Below, in pieces: positions 16,871-26,200 of a DNA stretch of 47,621 bases (its first letter is position 1; each line of letters starts with the position of its first letter). The DNA is from a virus, in IMG/VR virus record IMGVR_UViG_3300038379_000272, positions 1 to 47,621 of that record. One strand, written 5' to 3'. The position numbers and the translations under genes are program-made. Below the pieces are notes generated by a model. The model was not told the origin of the DNA. It did not search any database and saw only the letters and a program-made list of their open reading frames with translations.

Positions 16871-17226
16871 GTCTCTTTAACTGGGAAAACAAGTTTGGTT
16901 GGCCGCAGCTAATTCAGATCGGCTTGATTGGTGCGGCGATCGTTGGCTTTGGCTTCAAGTTCTATTACGACACCGAGGCGGAACGGCTGAAGCAGGGCGA
17001 ACTTAAACGGACTGTCGATCAGCTTACCACTACGGCACAGCAGCTCGAGGGTCAGGTCAATACGGTGTCGGACGCTTTGATGCTTGTGCCTTCGCAGATT
17101 ACCGTTGCGCTCGAGAGCGTTAAGACGGACCTCAACCTGCTTCGCATTGAGGTGGTGAAAACCACCGGAGAAGTGCAGGGGCTCCGACGCGACGTGGATC
17201 GGCTCGAAGATGGAGGAGCGCGATGA
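16867..17226 (+). CDS. N-terminal TM plus coiled-coil protein (lysis accessory, antiholin- or spanin-like)
   Basis: ATG 16867 forms an ATGA overlap. 119 aa. TM segment LIQIGLIGAAIVGFGFKFYY followed by a heptad-like helix. Confidence 0.5.
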   Translation: MSLFNWENKFGWPQLIQIGLIGAAIVGFGFKFYYDTEAERLKQGELKRTVDQLTTTAQQLEGQVNTVSDALMLVPSQITVALESVKTDLNLLRIEVVKTTGEVQGLRRDVDRLEDGGAR

Positions 17227-17609
17227 GCTTCGAATTGAGCCAGAAGTCGAAGGATTTGCTCGAAAAGGTGAGGCCGGAGCTTCGGCGCGTGATCCTCCGA
17301 GCCGCCGCGATTTCGAGCCTCAGGTTCGTCGTTACCGAGGGTATTCGCTCCTTGGCGCGACAGCAGCAGCTTGTCGCAATGGGGGCGAGCCGAACGATGA
17401 ACAGCCGACACCTCACGGGTCATGCCGTAGACCTCGCAGTTCAGGACGAGAACGGCAAGATCCGTTGGGATTGGCCCCTCTACCATAAGCTCGCGGCGGT
17501 GGTGAAACAAGCCGCTGGCGAGTGTGCCACGCCGATCGAGTGGGGCGGTGACTGGCGAAGCTTCAAGGATGGTCCCCACTTTCAACTACCTCGAAAGGAG
17601 TTTCCCTGA
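17223..17609 (+). CDS. Endolysin, peptidase M15 (VanY / L-Ala-D-Glu peptidase type)
   Basis: 128 aa. Zinc-binding motifs SRHLTGHAVDL and DGPHFQL. Confidence 0.85.
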   Translation: MSFELSQKSKDLLEKVRPELRRVILRAAAISSLRFVVTEGIRSLARQQQLVAMGASRTMNSRHLTGHAVDLAVQDENGKIRWDWPLYHKLAAVVKQAAGECATPIEWGGDWRSFKDGPHFQLPRKEFP

Positions 17610-17788
17610 TGGAAAAGAAGTCATTTTGGAAGTCGAAAACCTTCTGGGTCAATGCGATCAGCCTTGTAGCGATCGGACTCCAGACTCAGTTCGGCTTCGT
17701 GATCGACGCCGAGTATCAGGCAATGGCGCTTGCCGGCATTAACTGGGTTCTGCGCCTGATCACCAAGCAGGCCGTGACGTTGACCTAA
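17609..17788 (+). CDS. Holin (class II-like, two TM segments); not in the supplied ORF track
   Basis: 59 aa: MEKKSFWKSKTFWVNAISLVAIGLQTQFGFVIDAEYQAMALAGINWVLRLITKQAVTLT. AAAGGAG lies 8 nt upstream. TGATG overlap with the endolysin stop. Confidence 0.6.
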   Translation: MEKKSFWKSKTFWVNAISLVAIGLQTQFGFVIDAEYQAMALAGINWVLRLITKQAVTLT

Positions 17789-17789
17789 G

Positions 17790-18002
17790 ATGGCTTACGT
17801 CATCGGCGGCATTGTGCTTGCGCTCCTTATCGGAAGTATTGTCCTGTACTTTGCAGGGCGGCGTTCTGGTAAGGACAGCGTACTGAAGGGTGTCGCGACA
17901 GCTGAAGCGGAGAAACGTCGTGAAGATGATAAGATCGACACGCTTCCTCTCGACGCAAGCAAAGCGAGCGACATTGCTCGTAAGCTTGCTAAGCGTAAGT
18001 AG
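17790..18002 (+). CDS. i-spanin-like protein (N-terminal TM, charged periplasmic tail)
   Basis: 70 aa. N-terminus MAYVIGGIVLALLIGSIVLYFAG followed by a charged helix. Short for an i-spanin. Confidence 0.45.
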   Translation: MAYVIGGIVLALLIGSIVLYFAGRRSGKDSVLKGVATAEAEKRREDDKIDTLPLDASKASDIARKLAKRK

Positions 18003-18177
18003 CTGTGGCTACGACGTTGTTGCTGACCCTGCCTTCCCTCGGATGAACGAGGCGCAGGTGGAGGTTATGGCAACTGTCGTAACGGTACAGCCAGTCATGG
18101 CGTCTTGGTGGGTCAACTACATCAAGGCGTGGTGTAAGGCGGACGGTAAGACGGCTGAAGAGTGTGAAGCGGAGTAA
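17926..18177 (+). CDS. o-spanin-like lipoprotein overlapping the previous gene in another frame
   Basis: ATG 17926 lies within listed ORF 17890..18177. MIRSTRFLSTQAKRATLLVSLLSVSS|C has a lipobox-like VSSC. Overlapped architecture as in Rz/Rz1 systems. Confidence 0.5.
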   Translation: MIRSTRFLSTQAKRATLLVSLLSVSSCGYDVVADPAFPRMNEAQVEVMATVVTVQPVMASWWVNYIKAWCKADGKTAEECEAE

Positions 18178-18180
18178 GCC

Positions 18181-19761
18181 ATGCGGGTTCCAGTTAAGAA
18201 TATCGCAGCGACGGGAGTGGTGACGGACCAGCGAGACTATATGCTGGAGCCGAATGCCTGGACTGGAGCCCGCAACGTCCGCTTTGCAGATGGGATGCTG
18301 ATGAGGGGTCTCGGCTCGCAGTATGTACTCGATCCCCCCTCTGTAGCGCCTTACTGGCTTCTGCACTGTTTCGACAGCTCTCGAAGCCCTCACTGGCTCT
18401 ACGCCGGTTTGGGGAAGGTCTATACGTTTACCTCGGGAAGTCATACCGACATCACCAAGGCTGCCACGACCTACGGGGCGACGGCAGATGGGCTCTGGAA
18501 CGGCGGCGTTCTGGGCAACATTCCAGTTATCAACAACGGCGTCGATAAGCCGCAGGCTTGGAGTCCCGTGAGTGCCTCACAGCTTTTGGTCGATCTGCCC
18601 AACTGGCCGGCGACCCATACAGCGAAGATCATTCGGGCCTTTAAGAACTTCCTTTTCGCCCTCGACATTACTGAGGGCTCGAACCGCTTTCCGCACCGAG
18701 TGAGGGTAAGTCACCCGGCTGCGCCAGGCGCCCTACCTTCATCATGGGATGACACTGATGCCACGAAGGACGTTTTTACCCTCGACCTTTCTGACGTAGG
18801 AGCGGGCGGCTTGCTCGATGCGGTTGGCCTTCGTGACATTATGGTACTGTATAAAGAACGCTCGACATTCGGTATGCAGTTCATTGGCGGGCGGGATAAG
18901 TGGAGAGTGTTTCAAATCTTTGAGCAGAGTGGCTTACTTGGAGATCATTGTGCTGTCGCTTTTAACGAAGGCACCAAGCATTTTGTAGCGACCGGCGAAG
19001 ATGTGATTGTGCACAATGGGCAGCAGAGGCAGAGCATTGTTACGAAGCGGCTGCAACGGTGGTTGCAGGCGAACATTAGCTCGACGAATTACCATCGGAG
19101 TTTCTGCACCGTCGATGTGGGGAATAGCGAGTGTCTCTTTTGCTTCCCCCTCGAAGGCGATGCATTCCCAACTCTTGCGATGGTTTGGCACTGGCATGAT
19201 AACACTGTGACGTTTCGAGAGTTAACGCCTACTTCGTTCATTGCGCCTGGGCAAATTCCCTCAGTGGCAGGGAGCACGAGTTGGGACTCCGACCCGGCAA
19301 GTTGGGACTCGGATACCGAGACGTGGGACGTGCTGGTGAATGCAAGCTTCGTTAACCGCCTCGTTTCGGCCATTCCGGGTTCGACGAAGCTCGAACATCT
19401 CGACCTGCTGAACCAGCGAATTGGATCGAATTACACCGCTTACGTCGAGCGGACGGGTCTCGACCTCATGGGCCTCGACCGCTATGGGAACCTCATTCGT
19501 GATAAGGGTCAGCATAAGCTCATTCGAGGCATTTGGCTCTATGCCAGTGGCGCGCCGTTTCAGGTGGAGCTTGCGACGCAACAAGAGATTGATGGCGCAG
19601 TTACTTGGACGGCCCCTCAGACGTTCACCCCTGGTGTGGATGAGAAGGTGGACTTTGCAGAACATTGTCGCCTCTATGGCGTGAGGTTTTCGAGCACAGC
19701 TGATGCCTATTGGGAGATCAGCGGCTATGAAATAGATGTTGAACCCTTGGGGCTTTTCTGA
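18181..19761 (+). CDS. Virion structural protein (tail tube / nozzle-like)
   Basis: 526 aa. N-terminus GVVTDQRDYMLEPNAWTGARNVRFADG resembles podovirus tail structural proteins. The specific function is uncertain. Confidence 0.5.
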   Translation: MRVPVKNIAATGVVTDQRDYMLEPNAWTGARNVRFADGMLMRGLGSQYVLDPPSVAPYWLLHCFDSSRSPHWLYAGLGKVYTFTSGSHTDITKAATTYGATADGLWNGGVLGNIPVINNGVDKPQAWSPVSASQLLVDLPNWPATHTAKIIRAFKNFLFALDITEGSNRFPHRVRVSHPAAPGALPSSWDDTDATKDVFTLDLSDVGAGGLLDAVGLRDIMVLYKERSTFGMQFIGGRDKWRVFQIFEQSGLLGDHCAVAFNEGTKHFVATGEDVIVHNGQQRQSIVTKRLQRWLQANISSTNYHRSFCTVDVGNSECLFCFPLEGDAFPTLAMVWHWHDNTVTFRELTPTSFIAPGQIPSVAGSTSWDSDPASWDSDTETWDVLVNASFVNRLVSAIPGSTKLEHLDLLNQRIGSNYTAYVERTGLDLMGLDRYGNLIRDKGQHKLIRGIWLYASGAPFQVELATQQEIDGAVTWTAPQTFTPGVDEKVDFAEHCRLYGVRFSSTADAYWEISGYEIDVEPLGLF

Positions 19762-20012
19762 TGCCATACGTCCCGGAACCGTTTGTTAAACTGGAGTCGC
19801 TCGAAGAGTTGCAGGAGTATCTTTACCGAGCGCTTGCGCAGATTTCGGCCGGGGTTACTGTGGCAGAGAGCCTCCAACTCGAGGAGCTTCATGTCGAGCC
19901 GTCGAAGCGTAACCCAGGGATGATCGTCTGGGCAGACGGGACAGATTGGAACCCCGGCAGCGGCGCCGGCCTCTATTGGTGGAACGGATCAGCTTGGGTG
20001 TTCATCGCATGA
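19761..20012 (+). CDS. Hypothetical small virion-module protein
   Basis: 83 aa. C-terminal motif WADGTDWNPGSGAGLYWWNGSAW, common in small phage tail-module proteins. Confidence 0.5.
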   Translation: MPYVPEPFVKLESLEELQEYLYRALAQISAGVTVAESLQLEELHVEPSKRNPGMIVWADGTDWNPGSGAGLYWWNGSAWVFIA

Positions 20013-20440
20013 GAAAAGCAACGGTCTTTCAGGTCGCTCCAGTCCTTATGCCCTCGATGAGGAGTGAGTTCGAGCGGCTGATGAAGGGCGTTCAGTTTAA
20101 TTCGCCGATCCTGTACTCCCTTGAAGATATGTATAAGCAGATCATGTTGGGGAAGATGCAGCTTTGGCTCGCTATGTTTGATGGAGAGCGGCCGCATCTC
20201 TGCATGGTTACGAGACTGGTCGAGCATGACCAGGGTAAGGTACTCTACATCGTCTGCCTCGCCGGGGCGCATATTCGCAGCGTAATGCATCTGCGGAAGG
20301 ACCTCGAGCAGTGGGCGATGATGCAAGGGTGTCAGTATATTTCGGCGGATATGCGGCCGAAGCTTCAGCGGATGCTTCGACGCTTTGGCTATCATGCGAC
20401 GGCAGTTACCGTCTATAAATCACTCGTTTCAATGCACTGA
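20009..20440 (+). CDS. Hypothetical protein
   Basis: ATG 20009 forms an ATGA overlap with the upstream stop; the listed ORF starts at 19946. 143 aa. Confidence 0.55.
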   Translation: MRKATVFQVAPVLMPSMRSEFERLMKGVQFNSPILYSLEDMYKQIMLGKMQLWLAMFDGERPHLCMVTRLVEHDQGKVLYIVCLAGAHIRSVMHLRKDLEQWAMMQGCQYISADMRPKLQRMLRRFGYHATAVTVYKSLVSMH

Positions 20441-20447
20441 GGATAAC

Positions 20448-21320
20448 ATGGCTGGAAGTGGTGGCGGCGGTACGACGACGACGACGCAAAACTTGTCGCC
20501 GGAGCAAAAGCGTCTGCTCGGCTTCGTGATGCCGGTGGCGGAGGGGTACTTCGACGGGAGTGGGGGAGTGAACGCGGCCTCTTACCCCGGCCCGAGGATT
20601 GCGGGCCAAGACCCCCTCGAAAGCCTCGGTGGAATGATGGCGCTGGAGAGTGCCTTCGGCAACGTGGGACAGGCGAGCAACTCGGCCCTAGGAGGGCTGG
20701 GTTTCTTGGCCTCGGGCGATGTGCTGGATGTGAACCGGAACCCCAACCTCGCTGGGGCCATCAACGCCGCCGTGAGGCCTCTGACTGAGGCGTTTACCGA
20801 GCAGACTCTTCCGGAGATTCGCAGCAGCGGCGTACTTACTGGAGGTTACGGGTCTAATCGGACTGAGATCAATACGAGACTTGCTGCTCGAGATTACGAG
20901 CGGCAGGTGGCAGATACCTCTGCGGCTATGGCAAACCAGGCGTATCAGTCTGGACTCGACGCAATGGGCAAGGCGCTCTATGCGGCACCGAGTGTCCTTC
21001 AGTCGGGCCTCTTGCCGGCGACGACTGTGGCCGGAGTGGGGGCGCAACAGAGGGGGTTCGAGCAGGCGGGGATAGACGCTTCGCTCGCGAAGTTCTACGA
21101 GGATCAGTTCTTACCCCTAATGATCGCCCAAGAGATCGCAGGACTCGCCTTCGGCGTTCCGGCTGGGTCTACGACAAGCATGGCGCAAGGCGGAGGGAAC
21201 GCCCTCGGTAGTGCCCTCGGCGGAGCGGCCAGCGGCGCCAGTCTCGGCTCGATGATTATGCCGGGATGGGGTACGGCTATTGGTGGCTTACTTGGCGCTC
21301 TCGGCGGCGCCTTCGCATAA
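20448..21320 (+). CDS. Gly-rich internal virion (ejection) protein candidate
   Basis: GAGGA RBS with ATG 20448. 290 aa. C-terminal glycine-zipper TM segment GSMIMPGWGTAIGGLLGALGGAFA. Confidence 0.5.
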   Translation: MAGSGGGGTTTTTQNLSPEQKRLLGFVMPVAEGYFDGSGGVNAASYPGPRIAGQDPLESLGGMMALESAFGNVGQASNSALGGLGFLASGDVLDVNRNPNLAGAINAAVRPLTEAFTEQTLPEIRSSGVLTGGYGSNRTEINTRLAARDYERQVADTSAAMANQAYQSGLDAMGKALYAAPSVLQSGLLPATTVAGVGAQQRGFEQAGIDASLAKFYEDQFLPLMIAQEIAGLAFGVPAGSTTSMAQGGGNALGSALGGAASGASLGSMIMPGWGTAIGGLLGALGGAFA

Positions 21321-21330
21321 GGAGGATGAG

Positions 21331-21696
21331 ATGTTTGGACTTGGCGACCCGGATGGACCAGGAAGAGCTTCGATGGCGGGCGGATCGCATCAGGGGCAGG
21401 GTGGTGGCGTTGGCGGGAGTGGAGAGGGCTGGCGAGGACGCCCATTACCTCAAATAGCGCCACGACCTGCTCCAACCATAGGTGCTCCGCGGCCGATACC
21501 GCAAGTGACGCCTCCGGCGCAGTTGGTGAGTGGTGGAGGACAGATGCCCTTCATGGCCTCGCCGATGATCCAGGCATTGCTGCAGCGCTACTTCGGTGGC
21601 GGCGGCGCGATGCCGATGCAGCTACCGCAGCTTGGTGGTTTGATGGCGCCGCAAGGTGGGCCGAGTCTTCCACCTGAACAGAGAGGAGTCGTGTGA
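21331..21696 (+). CDS. Gly/Pro/Met-rich low-complexity protein
   Basis: AAGGAGGA RBS with ATG 21331. 121 aa. Confidence 0.45.
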   Translation: MFGLGDPDGPGRASMAGGSHQGQGGGVGGSGEGWRGRPLPQIAPRPAPTIGAPRPIPQVTPPAQLVSGGGQMPFMASPMIQALLQRYFGGGGAMPMQLPQLGGLMAPQGGPSLPPEQRGVV

Positions 21697-22289
21697 TGTT
21701 GCCTCCAATGGACCCCCAGACGCTACAGCGCATGATGGCGATGATGGCACTGAAGAACCCCGAGATGCTGGCGCAGCGAGCCGCCGCGGCGGGCCTACGG
21801 CCTCCTCAGCTACCACCGGCGGCGACGCCAGTGAGTTTGCCGGCTGGTGCTCCGACGGCGGGGCCGCAGCCAGCACCGCCAGTGCAGTCTGCTGGAGTTT
21901 CGATGCAAGACTATGTGCAGCGGGGCTTCGATCCGATGGAGTTCATCGGCGACCATATGATGCCTGACCCGAACGCTCAGTATCGCGGTCCGATAGGGGC
22001 GGCGGGCTTGCCAAGCCACACGGGGGCGGCAGGGCCTGCGGGAGTGCCGGCTGTCCCGGCCCCTATCGTTGCACCAGAGCCGGGACCAGGTAACGACCTC
22101 GCGAGTGCGATCTCAGCAATGGGGGCGATCGGAGCGCCGAGCGCTGCGGCGATGGGCCAGTTTCCGCAGGCTCCCGCACCTCGCGTAGGGGGTGGGATGA
22201 ACCCGCAGCTGCTGGCGATCATGCAGGCGATGATTGGTGGGGCGAGGACAGCGCCGCCGCCGACTCTAGGCTCTTTGATGGGAGGCTAA
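21696..22289 (+). CDS. Pro/Ala/Met-rich low-complexity protein
   Basis: GAGAGGAG lies 7 nt upstream of ATG 21696; the listed start 21693 is a GTG. TGATG overlap. Confidence 0.5.
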   Translation: MLPPMDPQTLQRMMAMMALKNPEMLAQRAAAAGLRPPQLPPAATPVSLPAGAPTAGPQPAPPVQSAGVSMQDYVQRGFDPMEFIGDHMMPDPNAQYRGPIGAAGLPSHTGAAGPAGVPAVPAPIVAPEPGPGNDLASAISAMGAIGAPSAAAMGQFPQAPAPRVGGGMNPQLLAIMQAMIGGARTAPPPTLGSLMGG

Positions 22290-22290
22290 A

Positions 22291-23253
22291 ATGGCACTTG
22301 GCGCAATGATGGGAGGACCGGGAGTGACACCGGCAGCGCCGATGGCGGCTCCGATGCAGCCGACGACGCAGGAGAGGCGGCAAGCACTCACGCCGCCGTC
22401 TAGTCCGGAGGAGCACGACCTTCTGCGAGGGGAGTGGATGAACTTCTTCGCGAGGCCAGAGGTTCAGGCGGGCCTGCTCCAGTTCGGCATCGGGATGCTT
22501 CAGCCGATCGGCTGGGGGCAGAGCCAGACGGGGAACGTGGGTCTGGCGCTCGGTGATGCGGCGGGAGCCGTAGGCCGGGTAAACGAACAGCGGTTGGCCG
22601 ATCGGGACTTCGCCCAAAAGCAGGCGAATGAGGAGACGGAACAGGACCTCGAAAACCGCCGAGTTGGAGCGGTGGAGCAAGAGGGAGCTCGAAGAGCCGC
22701 GGATGACGCGGCGAATAGGGCGCTGGAGGAGCGAAAGCTTGAGGAGTATCTCATTCCGAGCTTGACGTCGAGAGGTAGGGGTGGAGGTGGCGTTAGTCCC
22801 GACTCGACTCGAAACGCAATGATGAAGAGCCTCATGACCCAGGCGCTGAAAGCCCAGGCGGATGCTGCGGCGGTGGGAGATGAGTTCGATATGGACGCCT
22901 ATATTGATGCTGGTATGGCGGCCATGAACCGAATGCTGGGGACGACAGCGCCAGAGGGTGGGCCAACTGCAGCTACGCCTACTGCAAACCTGCCCGACAT
23001 TTCGACTGTCTCTGATGAGGACATTATCGACCTCTATGCGAATGGGACGGCGGAAGAGCAAGCCGCGGCCGAGGCGTATTACGGCGAGGCACTGCTTGTC
23101 CGTAAGGGCCAGCTCGTTAAGGGCGACCTTTCGAAGAAAGAAGACGAGGCTCGCTCGTTCCGCGATGAAAAAGCTGCAGCTACTTCGAAGGCGAAAACCA
23201 TCGAAGAGAAGCGGCAAGCGCCACTTGAGAACTTCCTTTTCCAGGGGCAGTAA
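22291..23253 (+). CDS. Coiled-coil internal virion protein candidate
   Basis: 320 aa, GGGAGG RBS. Charged helical repeats. Immediately precedes the giant protein. Confidence 0.5.
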   Translation: MALGAMMGGPGVTPAAPMAAPMQPTTQERRQALTPPSSPEEHDLLRGEWMNFFARPEVQAGLLQFGIGMLQPIGWGQSQTGNVGLALGDAAGAVGRVNEQRLADRDFAQKQANEETEQDLENRRVGAVEQEGARRAADDAANRALEERKLEEYLIPSLTSRGRGGGGVSPDSTRNAMMKSLMTQALKAQADAAAVGDEFDMDAYIDAGMAAMNRMLGTTAPEGGPTAATPTANLPDISTVSDEDIIDLYANGTAEEQAAAEAYYGEALLVRKGQLVKGDLSKKEDEARSFRDEKAAATSKAKTIEEKRQAPLENFLFQGQ

Positions 23254-26200
23254 ATGGGCCAGTTGCTTGAAGCACTTCGGAAAGATCAGCCGGCGGCATC
23301 TGCGGAGACACCGGCGCCTGCGGTACAGGGCTCTTTGCTCGAGAGGCTTCGAGGCGAAAAGCCTACGGAACCTGACGAGCGAGGCGCCCTGCGTCGAGGT
23401 CTTTCATCTGGGTGGGAGAACCTTAAAGGTACGGGGTTGCAGATAAAGGCGCTGGCAAAGTCACTCTACGGAGATGATGAGGGGGCGGCGGCAGACTTCG
23501 AACGAAGCCTCTTCCGTAACATGAAGGCCGGAAAGCTCGCGCCAAAATACTCGAAGATCGAGGACGTGTTGTCGAAGGGAGACTTCGGCGACTTTATGTC
23601 CTATGCCGGCTTTACGCTTGGCGAGCAGATGCCGAACCTTTTGGGAAGTATTGGTACGGCGGGGCTTGGTGGTTTCGCTGGACGTAAGATCGGCGAGATG
23701 AAGGCGAGGCAGCTCCTTACGGATGAGCTTGCTGAGAGGCTCGTGAAGAAATACGCAAGTCGTGGGGCTATTACCGGCGCGGCAGCAGCGAGTGGCGCGA
23801 TCGAAACGGGCGCTTCAGGGCAGGAACTCTTCGAGGCGACGGGGAAGCCGCAACCGGGGCTTGCGTTAGCGGCTGGGGCGGCAAAAACTGTGCTGGATAT
23901 TGTGACGCCGACAGCGCTTGCGAAACGCTTTGGTCTCGCGCCAGATGTAGCGAGCCGCTTACATGATGCCCTGTTTAATCGCCTAAAAGGTAAGGGGGCA
24001 ATTCGTCGTGCCCTCGGTGGTGCGCTTGGGGCGGGCCTAGCGGAGACGGGCACTGAAGGGCTGCAGGAGCTAATTGACGTAACGACGAGAAGCTTCGTAG
24101 ATGAGAACACGAAAATCCTCTCGAAAGAGACAGCGAGTAGAATGCTCAATGCGGGAGCCGCGGCCTTTATTGTGGCGTCGCCGATTGGCGCTGCGGCTGG
24201 CGTTGCGGGTGGACGCGAGCAAGGGCCGGATCAGACTGGTGGACTCGAGAAGCTGATCGGTCAGCAGCCCCAGCCCGTCGTTCCGCCGGTTCCGCCGCAG
24301 CCAGGGCAAATCGAGCTACCTCTGCCGCCACCTCCACCGAAACCCCTGCCACCTGTGGTTCAGCCGCCGGTGGTTCAGCCCAAACCGCCGGTGGTACAGC
24401 CTCCTGTGGTTCCGCCGAAACCCGTTCAGCCGCAGGTGCAGCAAAAACTCCCCGGACTTCCCCTGGAAAAACACCCCGTTTATACCACGGGAGCTGGGCC
24501 CTACCTCATCACGGATACGAGCGGGGTTGCGCCGGCCGGGAGAGTAGAGCTGCTGAACAACCAGCGGGCCATTGAGCGGATGTCTCGAGGAGAGCGGCGA
24601 AACATGCGGATCTTCCGGGTCCCGACGGGGAAGAAGTCCTCTGCGGACTTTACCGCAGGACTCGATGCTTTGCCGACCTATGCAAGCGAAGTGACGGACG
24701 GCCTACTGGGACTCTCGAAGGGGCAGACCGGGGCGATAGCTCTCGTAAGGCGAGCGATCTTGGAGCGGAACACCCAACTTCGCAAAGCTCTGCTTACCGA
24801 AAGTGGAGTGCCTGACCTTACCGAAGCGAACCGCCTCTATGAGGAGGCCATTAAGCTCGGCTTCAGGTTCCAGCCCTCACGGCCGAATGCAAGCTTGCTC
24901 TATGTAGGCGCGAAGCCTCTCGAAACCTCTCAGCTCGAAGAAATCGGCACGGTGACGCCGCACTATGAACTCAGCGGCTCGGTAGCCCTTGCGAATGAGA
25001 TTGGAGATAAGCCGAACTCGATCACGTCGTTTACGACAAGTAAGGCATCCATTAAGAACAAGGTAAGTGCGACGAACTCAGGCTACGAGCTCGATCTCTA
25101 TGCCGTGGACCCCTCGATACTGTCTGCAGGAGATGTGGCAATTCAGACTCTGTTGCCGCTAACTTCGGCGGAAAAGCAGGCGAAGATGGCGCAGTACCTT
25201 AAGGTACTGCCTCACGTTGCGTCGAGCGTAGCGGCGACGCTGAAGCAGCGCTTTTACGACGAGGTACTTAATATTGCTACTCCGAACGATAAGCGAAAGC
25301 TCATCTACCAGGAGCTGATGAAGCAGGGGCTTCGCTATCAGCCGAATAGCGCCGACTTCTTCGTAGTGGGACCAGTTCCACCGGCGGCGTTGAAGCGAAC
25401 GGTGGCGCCGGCGCTCAGCTTTTGGCAGACACACATGATGGGGCTTTCTCGCAGCTTTGGGGTGGAGTACCTCGATCGGTTTATTGGCCTTAGAGATCAG
25501 ACGACCGGAAAGCCTTACGATCCGAAAACCCATCAGCCTGGCACGGTGGCCGTTTTCGGTAAGTCCGGTGGAGTCTGGACTCCTTCGGAGATGAAGCGCT
25601 TTGCGAAGTTCACTGAACTGATTACGAAGCGCATGATGCCGAACGCGAAGCTTGTGCTGTCGTTTGAGACGAGCGTTGAGGCTTCGACCTATCATCCGAT
25701 AAGGAATGGTTTCGGCGTCATTACGATGAGAGTTGGGGCGGTCGAGAAGATGGATCGAGCGTCCTCGACCCTTACGCATGAGCTGGGGCATGCCCTGGCC
25801 CATCACGAGCTCTCAAATGTGGACTCGAATGTTCTGGGCTCCCTCTATTCAGCGTTCCAGCGTGATATGGCCCGCGCAGGACGGGAGACCGCCTCGGATT
25901 GGATGCAATACTTCTTCCGAGGGTATGATCTTGCGATGAACTACTGGGGGAAGGACACTCGGCCGGCCGCGACGTTCATTCAAAAGAACTTCTACGAGTG
26001 GCCCTATAGCTTCGACGAATGGATTGCGGAGCAGACAGCTCGGTGGTTCACCGGAAGTCAGCAGCCTATGCGGGTGATGGACAAATTCTTCAGCCGACTC
26101 GCTAGGAAGTTGAAAGAGATATTCTCCCTCTCGAGGCGGACGTTTCCGACGGCAGAGATCGAGGTCGAAACCTGGCTCAATTCACTCTACGCTCGGCGGC

